DNA of 44,564 nt from an uncultured Chitinophagaceae bacterium (GCA_964605875.1 CAZSEG010000008.1:1-44564), one strand, 5' to 3'. Counted from the stretch's first letter, positions 33,550 through 42,399 are shown. The notes: generated by a model from the letters alone, not told the origin. Translations and numbers: made by a program.

Positions 33550-34599
33550 ATGAAGTATTATTTATCTATTGTCGCAACATCACGCAATGATAATCATGGA
33601 GGCGACCTGATACAACGGACAAGTGCCTTTGTGAACAGCGTGTTTGTTCAGGCAAAAAAATGGAATTTTCCGGTTGAATTGATATTGGTGGAATGGAACC
33701 CACCGGAAGAAAATGTTTTATTGCACGAAGTGCTTCCGAAACCGCAACAGGATGATTTGGTTACATTAAAATATGTTGTTGTTCCCCGCGAAATTCATAA
33801 CAAATACATAGGCGCAAAAAAAATTCCGCTTTACCAGATGATAGCAAAAAATGCAGGTATCAGAAGAGCGGATGGTGAATATATTTTATGTACCAATATT
33901 GATATTATTTTTTCAGACGAGTGTTTTCAGATATTTGCAGAAAGGAAATTTCAGCCGAATAATTTTTATAGGGCAAACAGGTGTGATATTCCCAAAGAAG
34001 TAATGGAAATAGAAGATTTTAATAACAGCTTGCAATATGCCCGCGAAAATATTTTAAACAGATTGGGAAAAGCACCCGGACATGAAACTTTGGCTTTACC
34101 CCGGTTTGTATATTTCTTTCCCAACCTTTCTCGTTTTATCAACTACTTTATTTTAAAACTCTGGAAAGCGACTCATAAAAATAAATTCCCCCATTTTTTA
34201 ATTGATTTTGATGCTTGTGGTGATTTTACTTTAATGAGTAAGCAAGACTGGATGGATATTGAAGGATATGTAGAATTAGATATGTATTCTATTCATGTTG
34301 ACAGCATGGCATTATGGGCTGCTGCTGCATTGGGTAAAAAGCAAATCATTTTTCCGTACAAAGCCTGCGTTTATCATATTGACCATGAAAACGGATGGGA
34401 AAGTGAAGATATACTGAAAACTATAAAATTTTTGGAGTCCAAATCCTGCTTGGATTATTCTATTGTACACAAAGGCGGACTGTATATTGTTGAAAGAAAA
34501 CAGCATTGGAACTTGAACAAACCCGATTGGGGTTTTGCCAACGAAAAGTTTAAAGAATATATTTTCGCGCCCGGAAAAGAAATGACAGAAATAAATTGA
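33550..34599 (+). CDS. GT-A fold glycosyltransferase (GT2-like), tandem paralogue
   Basis: 349 aa. 'LSIVATSRNDNHGGDL', 'NAGIRRADGEYILCTNIDIIF', 'GDFTLMSKQDWMDIEGY'. Confidence 0.65.
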   Translation: MKYYLSIVATSRNDNHGGDLIQRTSAFVNSVFVQAKKWNFPVELILVEWNPPEENVLLHEVLPKPQQDDLVTLKYVVVPREIHNKYIGAKKIPLYQMIAKNAGIRRADGEYILCTNIDIIFSDECFQIFAERKFQPNNFYRANRCDIPKEVMEIEDFNNSLQYARENILNRLGKAPGHETLALPRFVYFFPNLSRFINYFILKLWKATHKNKFPHFLIDFDACGDFTLMSKQDWMDIEGYVELDMYSIHVDSMALWAAAALGKKQIIFPYKACVYHIDHENGWESEDILKTIKFLESKSCLDYSIVHKGGLYIVERKQHWNLNKPDWGFANEKFKEYIFAPGKEMTEIN

Positions 34600-35708
34600 T
34601 GGCAAAAACAGGAATTATAGGAATCGGTAAGCTCGGAATATGCTTTGCTTTGAATTTGGAAAAAGCGGGTTATAGTGTGGTTGGCGTTGATATAGATGAA
34701 AATTATATCGCACAACTCAACGAAAAAAAAATAATTTCTTCCGAACCATTGGTTGAGGAATATTTAATCCAATCAAAAAATTTCACTGCATCGGTAAATA
34801 TCAGTGATGTTGTAAATGATGATACGGATATTATTTTCATCATGGTCGCTACGCCTTCATTGCCCGATGGCAGTTATGACCATTCGCAGGTAGAAAAAGT
34901 AACAAATGAACTGATTGCTTTCGGCAAAAGAAATATCACGGTTGATATAGTTATAGGCTGCACGGTGATGCCCGGATATTGCAATGCTTTGTCGGAAAAA
35001 TTGAAAAAATATAATTACAGGATAAGCTATAATCCTGAATTTATTGCGCAGGGTTCAATTATTAAAAATCAACAATATCCCGACCAAATATTAGTAGGCG
35101 AAGCGAATAAAGAAGCCGGAGATAAAATTGAAGCCGTTTTAAAATCTTTCTGTAAAAATGAGCCTGCTGTTTGCAGAATGAATTTGCTTAGCGCAGAAAT
35201 TGCCAAACTTGCCACGAATTGTTTTTTAACTGCAAAAATTTCATTTGCCAATTCAATCGGAGATTTAGCCATTAAAGCAGGAGCGGATGCGGATAAAATC
35301 TTAAATGCCGTTGGCGCAGATTCGAGAATCGGTAAAAAATACCTGAATTACGGCTTTGGCTTTGGCGGACCTTGTTTTCCGCGCGATAACCGTGCATTGA
35401 ATTTATTCGCTTCGCAAAATAATTATGAACTGCTCATCAGTTCCGCAACCGATGAAATAAATAAAAGGCATCTGGCTTTTCAGGTTGAACAATATTTAAA
35501 ACAATATGCCGAAGACGAAACAATAATCTTTGATTATGTTACTTACAAAAAAGATTCCGTTTTGTTGGAAGAATCGCAGCAACTTTCCTTAGCCGTGCAA
35601 TTGGCGAAGGCAGGCAGGAAAATAACTATAAAAGAAAGACCCGAAGTAATTACGCTGCTTGAAAAGAATTATCCGAATTTGTTTATTTGGGAGAATACAA
35701 ACTCGTAG
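34599..35708 (+). CDS. Nucleotide-sugar 6-dehydrogenase (UDP-glucose/GDP-mannose dehydrogenase family)
   Basis: The ATG at 34599 overlaps the previous TGA. Rossmann N-terminus 'GIIGIGKLGICFALNL', 'NPEFIAQGS', catalytic Cys loop 'GFGGPCFPRD'. Short for the family (369 aa). Confidence 0.8.
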   Translation: MAKTGIIGIGKLGICFALNLEKAGYSVVGVDIDENYIAQLNEKKIISSEPLVEEYLIQSKNFTASVNISDVVNDDTDIIFIMVATPSLPDGSYDHSQVEKVTNELIAFGKRNITVDIVIGCTVMPGYCNALSEKLKKYNYRISYNPEFIAQGSIIKNQQYPDQILVGEANKEAGDKIEAVLKSFCKNEPAVCRMNLLSAEIAKLATNCFLTAKISFANSIGDLAIKAGADADKILNAVGADSRIGKKYLNYGFGFGGPCFPRDNRALNLFASQNNYELLISSATDEINKRHLAFQVEQYLKQYAEDETIIFDYVTYKKDSVLLEESQQLSLAVQLAKAGRKITIKERPEVITLLEKNYPNLFIWENTNS

Positions 35709-35776
35709 CAGTTTGTGTTGCAACAAAAAACCATCATGTTATCCATTTACAGTTACTGAATAACATCTGTTGGATT

Positions 35777-37981
35777 CTAATTCGCCATCTCGCTCATAAA
35801 CTTCAAACGCACCAATTGTATGTTTTCCACTTCAATGTCTTCGCCATCAAATTCATTGTAGGCGGCATCCAAAGAATCGGTGGGTGCGGTGCGGAAATAA
35901 TCAAAAATATCTTTCACCAAATCTTCATCAACTATATCATATAAGTAGTAGTCCAGATTAAGTTTAGTGCCGCTGTGTACGATGCTTTCCATCTCGTTGA
36001 TTAAATCCTGCCGTTTCATGCCCATATTTTTGGCAATGTCTTCTACCGAAAGTCGCTTATCAATCATCTGAATGATTTTGATTTTTTCCGCGCCTTTGCT
36101 GGCGATGCCTTTCACCGCAAAATCTGTCGGGCGGTCAATTTCATTTTCTTCCACATAATCGGCAATCAGCTTGATGAACGGCTTGCCGTATTTTTCGGCT
36201 TTGCCTTTGCTTACACCGTTAATGGTGGCAAGTTCTTCCATTGTAATCGGATAGCGCGTTGCCATTTCTTCCAGCGAAAATTCCTGAAAAATCACATAAG
36301 GTGGCAGGTTGAATTGCTTGCCGGTTTTTACCTGCAAATCTTTCAGCATTTTTGAAAGCACTTCATCAATAGCCGTGCTTTGCTTGCCTGCATTGTCGGC
36401 AATCACATCCGTGCCGTCATCTTCGTAATTGTGATTCACGCTCACTTTTACGCTGTATGGCTTTTTAAGGAACTCTAAACTTTTTTTGTTCAACTTCAAT
36501 AAGCCGTATTGCTCGATGTCTTTATCAATCAAACCGCGCATCATAGCATTGCGGATAACTGCATTCCAGTAACCTTCATCAAAACCCGCACCGATGCCAA
36601 ACCATTCCTGTTTATCGTATTTAAAGTCGGTAATCTCCTTTGCCTTTTTACCGATAATCAACTTAACGATATAAGGCAAATCGTGGTTTTCTTTTACCGC
36701 CTGAATCACTTTCAATGCCTGCTGAACGTGTTGCTGAACTTCTAATTTATCTTTAGGATGGCGGCAGTTATCGCACAAACCTCCGCAATTATCCTGCCCA
36801 AATTCTTCACCAAAATAATGCAACAGGAACTTTCTGCGGCAGCCGGAATCTTCAATATACGCAACCGTTTCATTCACCAATTGCAAACCGCGCTCGCGCT
36901 CTGCAACCGATTTGTCGCGCAACAGTTTTTCAAGTTTGGAAATATCTTTATAGCTGAAATAAGTAATGCACTCGCCTTCCATGCCATCGCGACCCGCGCG
37001 ACCTGTTTCCTGATAATAATTTTCTAACGATTTAGGAATGTCGTAGTGAATGATGTAGCGAATATCCGGCTTGTCAATACCCATTCCAAATGCAATGGTG
37101 GCAACAATCACATCAATTTCCTCCATCAAAAAAGCATCCTGAATACCTGCGCGTTTTTTAGTATCCAAACCTGCGTGATAGGCATCTGCTTTTACATTGT
37201 TCACGCGCAAAATACTTGCCAAATCATCGGCAGTTTTGCGGTTGATTACATAAATAATTCCGCTTTTGCCGGGGCGTTGTTTTACAAACTGAATTAAATT
37301 CCGGTTGGCTAAAGTCGGTGTTTTTTTGGTGCGGATTTCGTAGTAAAGATTAGTTCTGTTAAAGCTCGACATGAATATGTTCGGCTTCTCCAATGCCAGA
37401 GTTTTTACAATATCGCTTTGCACTTTTGGCGTGGCAGTTGCCGTTAAAGCCATCACCGGAATTTTGGTTCCCAACTGGTCAATAATTTCCCGTATTCTGC
37501 GGTACTCCGGGCGAAAATCGTGTCCCCACTCCGAAATACAGTGCGCTTCGTCCACCGCAACAAAACTTATTTTTACCTCCGTAAAAATTTCTACCGTTTC
37601 CTGTTTGTTCAAGGTTTCGGGAGCCACATACAGCAACTTGGTTTTGCCGTCATGCACATCTTTTATTACCTGCGTTTTCTGCGTTTTGTTCAGCGAAGAA
37701 TTGAGGAAGTGCGCAATTTCATTATTATCGGAATAGTTGCGCATCAAATCCACCTGGTTTTTCATCAGGGCAATCAATGGCGAAATAATGATAGCCACAC
37801 CTTCCTGCACCACAGCGGGCAACTGGTAACAAAGCGACTTGCCACCGCCTGTCGGCATCAAAACCAAAGTATCTTTTCCGGCTAAAACCGAACGGATAAT
37901 TTCTTCCTGATTGCCTTTGAAAGTATTGAACCCAAAGTTTTCCTGCAGGGCATCGGTGAGTGATATTTCTTCTACGCGCAT
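35777..37981 (-). CDS. recQ: ATP-dependent DNA helicase RecQ
   Basis: 734 aa. 'PTGGGKSLCYQLPA', 'DEAHCISEWGHDFRPEY', 'LTATAT', 'YQETGRAGRDG', a Zn-binding Cys cluster 'CGGLCDNC' and a C-terminal HRDC-like region. Confidence 0.95.
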   Translation of the reverse strand: MRVEEISLTDALQENFGFNTFKGNQEEIIRSVLAGKDTLVLMPTGGGKSLCYQLPAVVQEGVAIIISPLIALMKNQVDLMRNYSDNNEIAHFLNSSLNKTQKTQVIKDVHDGKTKLLYVAPETLNKQETVEIFTEVKISFVAVDEAHCISEWGHDFRPEYRRIREIIDQLGTKIPVMALTATATPKVQSDIVKTLALEKPNIFMSSFNRTNLYYEIRTKKTPTLANRNLIQFVKQRPGKSGIIYVINRKTADDLASILRVNNVKADAYHAGLDTKKRAGIQDAFLMEEIDVIVATIAFGMGIDKPDIRYIIHYDIPKSLENYYQETGRAGRDGMEGECITYFSYKDISKLEKLLRDKSVAERERGLQLVNETVAYIEDSGCRRKFLLHYFGEEFGQDNCGGLCDNCRHPKDKLEVQQHVQQALKVIQAVKENHDLPYIVKLIIGKKAKEITDFKYDKQEWFGIGAGFDEGYWNAVIRNAMMRGLIDKDIEQYGLLKLNKKSLEFLKKPYSVKVSVNHNYEDDGTDVIADNAGKQSTAIDEVLSKMLKDLQVKTGKQFNLPPYVIFQEFSLEEMATRYPITMEELATINGVSKGKAEKYGKPFIKLIADYVEENEIDRPTDFAVKGIASKGAEKIKIIQMIDKRLSVEDIAKNMGMKRQDLINEMESIVHSGTKLNLDYYLYDIVDEDLVKDIFDYFRTAPTDSLDAAYNEFDGEDIEVENIQLVRLKFMSEMAN

Positions 37982-38111
37982 ATTGCTATATTTTAATTGC
38001 TGAATTTATAGTTATTTTTTTGTTATCGCCAAAACATTATTGAAAACTGTTTTGAAACGCCATTTTTAAAAGGATGCCGAAATTAAAATTTTCGCGCAAA
38101 TAAAGAAGCGT

Positions 38112-38119
38112 TACTTTTG
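38112..38119 (+). promoter_or_regulatory. Candidate -7 box (TActTTTG)
   Basis: Exact TAnnTTTG match, 36 nt upstream of the manC ATG. Confidence 0.4.
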
Positions 38120-38154
38120 CGCCCGCTTCTCAAAAAGAAAGATAAATAAAACGC

Positions 38155-39234
38155 ATGAGTCATACCTACGTTGTAATCATGGCGGGCGGAATAGGCAGCC
38201 GCTTTTGGCCCCAAAGCCGCACCGCAAAGCCAAAGCAGTTTTTAGATATTCTTAACGTAGGTAAAACGCTTTTGCAACTCACTTACGAACGATTGCAAAC
38301 GGTCTGCCCGCCCGAAAATGTTTTTGTGGTAACGGCTGATATTTACGAAGGCTTGGTGAAAGAACAGTTGCCGCAGATTCCTTCGGGCAATATTTTGAAA
38401 GAACCTGTGCGCAGAAACACCGCGCCATGTATTGCTTACGCCTGCGACAGAATTGCCGCAATTGATAAAGAAGCAAGTATTGTTATCACGCCATCCGACC
38501 AACTGATTCTTGAAAATGATAAATACATACGCATTTTGCGCAAGTGTTTGGCGTTTACAAACAAACAAGATGTGTTGGTTACGATTGGCGTGAAACCGAC
38601 AAAGCCTTCTACGGGCTACGGCTACATTCAGTATTTGGAAAAAGAAGAAGACGAGGGTTTTCATAAAGTGAAAACTTTTACCGAAAAACCTTCATTGGAT
38701 ATTGCAAAAACCTTTTTGGCAAGCGGAGATTTTTTGTGGAACTCGGGTATGTTTGTTTGGCGGGCAAAAACCATTCTGAAAGCATTACACAAACATTTGC
38801 CCGAAGTGATTGATGCGTTTGAAGACGGAGCAAAAGTTTACAACACATCCAAAGAGAAAAAATTTATCGAGCGCGCCTATTCGGAGGTAACCAATATATC
38901 TATTGATTATGGCGTGATGGAAAAAGCGAATAATGTTTACACCATTCCCGCAGATTTTGGCTGGAGTGATGTAGGCACTTGGGATTCTTTGTATGAGGTT
39001 TATGAAAAAGATTATCTAGGTAATGCCGTGCAGGGCAACAACGTGAAAGTGTATGACGCGCGTAACAATGTAATTATGACACCCGATGAAAAATTGGTGG
39101 TGGTGCAGGGCATTGAAGGCTTGTGTGTGATTGACACGGGCGATGTGCTTTTGATTTGCCAACGCGCCAACGAACAGGAAATAAAGCAAGTAACCGTTGA
39201 TTTGAAAGTGGCGGATTTGGATAAGTTTCTCTGA
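38155..39234 (+). CDS. manC: Mannose-1-phosphate guanylyltransferase (short form, no isomerase domain)
   Basis: 359 aa. 'VIMAGGIGSRFWPQSR', 'EPVRRNTAPCIAYA', 'GYGYIQ', 'FTEKP', 'WNSGMFVW', 'WSDVGTW'. Confidence 0.88.
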   Translation: MSHTYVVIMAGGIGSRFWPQSRTAKPKQFLDILNVGKTLLQLTYERLQTVCPPENVFVVTADIYEGLVKEQLPQIPSGNILKEPVRRNTAPCIAYACDRIAAIDKEASIVITPSDQLILENDKYIRILRKCLAFTNKQDVLVTIGVKPTKPSTGYGYIQYLEKEEDEGFHKVKTFTEKPSLDIAKTFLASGDFLWNSGMFVWRAKTILKALHKHLPEVIDAFEDGAKVYNTSKEKKFIERAYSEVTNISIDYGVMEKANNVYTIPADFGWSDVGTWDSLYEVYEKDYLGNAVQGNNVKVYDARNNVIMTPDEKLVVVQGIEGLCVIDTGDVLLICQRANEQEIKQVTVDLKVADLDKFL

Positions 39235-39345
39235 GCCTCGAAATCAATTTTGTTAAAACATATAAAATCCTCCTGCCGGCTTTAAACATCCGGCAGTTTC
39301 AAACGTTATTGAAATCCATAGTTTATGTGGAATTGGGTGGATAAG

Positions 39346-39378
39346 GCGGCTTCGTTTTCTGACGGAGTCGCTTTTTTT
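39346..39378 (+). terminator. Rho-independent terminator about 110 nt downstream of manC
   Basis: 9-bp stem GCGGCTTCG/CGGAGTCGC (two G-U pairs) with an 8-nt loop, followed by T7 (39372-39378). A weaker hairpin CTGCCGG/CCGGCAG lies at 39273-39296. Confidence 0.55.
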
Positions 39379-39461
39379 GTTTCGCCTGCTCTCCAATCTC
39401 ACATCTCGCGCCCCACATCTCTACTATTTGTTTTCTTTGCCGCGTTTTAACTGCAATTCAC

Positions 39462-40694
39462 TTGAACAAGCGCAAAATATTTAACGACCCTGTGTATGGT
39501 TTCATCACCATTCCGCACGAACTCATTTTCGATATTGTAGAGCATCGCTATTTTCAGCGTTTGCGCAGGATTAAGCAATTGGGCTTGAGCGACTACATCT
39601 ACCCGGGCGCGCTGCACACGCGCTTTCACCATGCGTTGGGGGCTTTTCATTTAATGCGCAAGGCAATTTCTATTCTTAAAATAAAAGGAATTGCCATTTC
39701 GGAAGAAGAAGAATTGGGCGCGTCAATTGCCATTTTGTTGCACGATATTGGTCACGGACCGTTTTCGCACACGCTCGAAAAATGTTTGATACCGGGCGTA
39801 AATCACGAAAGCATTTCGCGCATATATTTCAAAAAACTGAATCAACATTTTGAGGGTAAGCTCGACACCGCCATTCAAATTTTTGAAGACACTTATCCCA
39901 AACGTTTTTTGCATCAATTGGTTTCATCGCAGTTGGATGTGGACAGGCTCGACTACCTAACCCGCGACAGTTTTTTTACAGGTGTAAACGAAGGCATCAT
40001 CAGCTACGACCGCATCATAGAAATGATGAATGTGATGAACGATGAACTGGTGATTGAGCAAAAGGGAATTTACTCTATCGAGAAATTTATCATTTCGCGC
40101 AGGCTGATGTACTGGCAGGTGTATCTGCACAAAACTGTGTTGTGTGTAGAGCAAATGCTCATCAAAACTATTGAACGCGCCAAGCAACTTTCCATGCAGG
40201 GCGAAGAGCTTCCCTGCTCAAAGCCGTTGAATTATTTTCTGCATAAAAATATATCGGCAGAAGATTTTGCCAACTCTGATGAAGCCATCGAATACTTCTC
40301 ACTTTTAGATGATGTGGATGTGTTTGCTGCATTGAAAGAATGGCAGTTTCACAGCGATGTGTTGTTAAGCAAATTGTGCGAAGCAATTTTGAATCGCCAC
40401 TTGTTTAAGATTGAATTACACAATCATCCGATTGATGAAAATTACCTCACTGCTTTAAGAAAAAATGTAGCCGAAAGATGGAACATCAGCGAAGAAGATG
40501 CGAATGGATTTGTGTTTACGGATTCTACCTATAATCACGCTTACAATACCAAAGAAGATATGATAAAAATATTGGGCAGCGATGGCGTGGTGCGCAATGC
40601 TTCCAATGTTTCTGAACATCTGGAGGCAACCGTTGTGAGCGAAAGGGTCGTCAAGTATTATGTGTGTTATCCGAAGGTTATCAAAGGTGTATAG
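39462..40694 (+). CDS. HD domain phosphohydrolase (dGTPase/SAMHD1-like family)
   Basis: 410 aa, TTG start. 'KIFNDPVYGFI', 'HTRFHHALGAFHL', 'LLHDIGHGPFSH', 'DVDRLDYLTRDS'. Confidence 0.85.
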   Translation: MNKRKIFNDPVYGFITIPHELIFDIVEHRYFQRLRRIKQLGLSDYIYPGALHTRFHHALGAFHLMRKAISILKIKGIAISEEEELGASIAILLHDIGHGPFSHTLEKCLIPGVNHESISRIYFKKLNQHFEGKLDTAIQIFEDTYPKRFLHQLVSSQLDVDRLDYLTRDSFFTGVNEGIISYDRIIEMMNVMNDELVIEQKGIYSIEKFIISRRLMYWQVYLHKTVLCVEQMLIKTIERAKQLSMQGEELPCSKPLNYFLHKNISAEDFANSDEAIEYFSLLDDVDVFAALKEWQFHSDVLLSKLCEAILNRHLFKIELHNHPIDENYLTALRKNVAERWNISEEDANGFVFTDSTYNHAYNTKEDMIKILGSDGVVRNASNVSEHLEATVVSERVVKYYVCYPKVIKGV

Positions 40695-40746
40695 AGAATG
40701 AGGTTGGAAAATTTAAAAACGACAAGTTCAGGTGACTACTCGGCTG

Positions 40747-40821
40747 TTGTCATGTCGAGGAACGAGACATCCTTCAAGGGTGAATCTACCTTGAAGGATG
40801 CTTCCTTCGTCAGCATGACAA
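40747..40821. repeat. Long imperfect palindrome (REP-like intergenic element)
   Basis: The inner stem is a perfect 12 bp, CATCCTTCAAGG/CCTTGAAGGATG (40768-40779 and 40789-40800), with a 9-nt loop. Outer arms TTGTCATG...GGAA / TTCC...CATGACAA extend it to about 27 bp. It resembles the 'GTCAT..GAG.GAA.GA..' palindromic repeats common in Bacteroidota intergenic regions. Confidence 0.55.
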
Positions 40822-40924
40822 ATCTGAGTTTTTCCTCTGCGTCCTCCGCGCCTCTGCGAGATATTTTACCACCACACAATATTTTTTCAAAAATACGTTT
40901 AAGCCACAAAGTTAATTACTGACT

Positions 40925-41977
40925 ATGCAATATACTGCGCAACAGATTTGTGATGCACTGAACGGAAAATTAGAAGGCAACCCCGATGCGGTTGTTACCA
41001 AACTGGCAAAAATCGAAGAAGCCGATGGCGCTTCGCTTACCTTTATCAGCAATCCTAAATATGAAGTTTTTGCCGATAGCGTAACGGCAGGCGCGCTGAT
41101 TGTAAACGAAACGCTCACTGTTTCCAGCACAAAGGTGAAAGCAATTATTCGCGTTGCCGACCCGTATTCAAGCCTTTCAAAACTGCTTGCCATTTACAGC
41201 CAAAACGGAAAGAGCAAAACCGGCATTGCCGAGTGGAGCAGAATTGGCGAAAGCTCTACCTATGGCGAAAACGTTAGCATTGCAGACTTTGCCTACATTG
41301 GCAGCAATGTAACTATCGGCAACAACGTAAAAATCTATCCGCACGTTTTTATTGGCGACAACTGCACGGTGGATGATGATACAATTTTGTATGCAGGCGT
41401 AAAGGTTTACAACGATTGCAAAATCGGTAAACGTTGCATCATTCAGGCGGGCGCTGTAATTGGTTCCGATGGTTTTGGTTTTGCACCGCAACCCGATGGC
41501 ACTTTTCAAAAAATTCATCATGTAGGCAATGTAATTCTCGGCAACGATGTGGAGATTGGCGCCAACACCTGCATTGATAAAGCAACGCTTGGTTCAACAC
41601 ATATTAAAGATGGTGTGAAGCTCGACAACCTGATTCAGATTGCGCACAATGTTGAAGTGGGCGAAAACACCGTGATGGCTGCCATGGCGGGCGTTTCGGG
41701 CAGCACCAAGATTGGCAAAAGCAATATGATTGGCGGACAGGTTGGCATCACAGGGCATTTGGTAATTGCCGATGGCACAAAGATTCAGGCACAGGCTGCG
41801 GTGATAAAAAACATTGACACACCGAATAAAGGATTTTCGGGTACACCTGCTATTGATGCCCGCGAACATTATCGCCAGCTCGCAGCCCTTAAACAATTGC
41901 CGGAATTGATAAAGAAAATTGCGCAATTGGAGAAACAGATAATAGAAATCAGAGGTCAGAAATCAGACGGGAAATGA
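40925..41977 (+). CDS. lpxD: UDP-3-O-(3-hydroxyacyl)glucosamine N-acyltransferase
   Basis: 350 aa. N-terminal 'ICDALNGKLEGNPD', a long left-handed beta-helix of hexapeptide repeats, and 'GFGFA', typical of LpxD. Confidence 0.9.
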   Translation: MQYTAQQICDALNGKLEGNPDAVVTKLAKIEEADGASLTFISNPKYEVFADSVTAGALIVNETLTVSSTKVKAIIRVADPYSSLSKLLAIYSQNGKSKTGIAEWSRIGESSTYGENVSIADFAYIGSNVTIGNNVKIYPHVFIGDNCTVDDDTILYAGVKVYNDCKIGKRCIIQAGAVIGSDGFGFAPQPDGTFQKIHHVGNVILGNDVEIGANTCIDKATLGSTHIKDGVKLDNLIQIAHNVEVGENTVMAAMAGVSGSTKIGKSNMIGGQVGITGHLVIADGTKIQAQAAVIKNIDTPNKGFSGTPAIDAREHYRQLAALKQLPELIKKIAQLEKQIIEIRGQKSDGK

Positions 41978-41997
41978 TTAAAGTAAACGCATAAAAA

Positions 41998-42399
41998 ATG
42001 AAAGCAAAACACAACGTTTTATTAGTGATATTTTGGGCAGGTATTGTTTCTTTATTTTTTACGGGATGTAAAAAAGATGTGGCTGTTTGTTTAGATGAAA
42101 ATGCTTTTTGTTCCTACGTCAATAGCGAACATTTCGATTCAACAAGAACTGTTATGAACGACTTTCTGAAAACGATAAATAAGAACAAAAACAGTGATGA
42201 AAAACTGGAAGCATTAAACGCATGGTTAGCTTGTAAAAGTTGTGTTTCAAAAGCGGAAATTTTCTGTAATTCATGTATAAAAACCAATCCGCCCCAAAGC
42301 GAATTGCGCGTACATTTTCTTGCCAACGGAAAAGATATTGAATTGACTTTGGATGTTTTAATGGATGAGCCATTAAGATTTGTCCGCTACCATGAATAA
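41998..42399 (+). CDS. Small hypothetical lipoprotein
   Basis: 133 aa. Signal peptide with lipobox 'LFFTGC'. Six further Cys residues. I recognise no family. Confidence 0.55.
   Translation: MKAKHNVLLVIFWAGIVSLFFTGCKKDVAVCLDENAFCSYVNSEHFDSTRTVMNDFLKTINKNKNSDEKLEALNAWLACKSCVSKAEIFCNSCIKTNPPQSELRVHFLANGKDIELTLDVLMDEPLRFVRYHE

Noticed and set aside
8101-35708. RiPP (modified peptide) cluster interpretation. It was suggested by the radical SAM/SPASM-like enzyme, P450s, HTTM (SdpB/VKGC-like) proteins, the possible PT-barrel, Cys-protease folds and the ABC exporter.
   Set aside because: I could find no plausible precursor-peptide ORF in any intergenic gap. The exporter is the ABC-2 Wzm/Wzt polysaccharide type, and the locus is rich in sugar-nucleotide and glycosyltransferase genes. 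I keep it only as a minor alternative under the HTTM finding.
35687-35944. 85-aa plus-strand ORF spanning the dehydrogenase/recQ convergent junction.
   Set aside because: It is mostly antisense to the well-supported recQ HRDC-encoding 3' end and has no motifs.
39325-39450. 41-aa ORF (MWNWVDKAASF...) in the manC-HD spacer.
   Set aside because: It contains the intrinsic terminator hairpin and T-tract inside it and has no coding signature. It is probably non-coding.
40698-40922. 74-aa ORF between the HD gene and lpxD.
   Set aside because: It is read through a long palindromic repeat element, is low-complexity and Ser-rich, and has no plausible start context. I treat it as non-coding.
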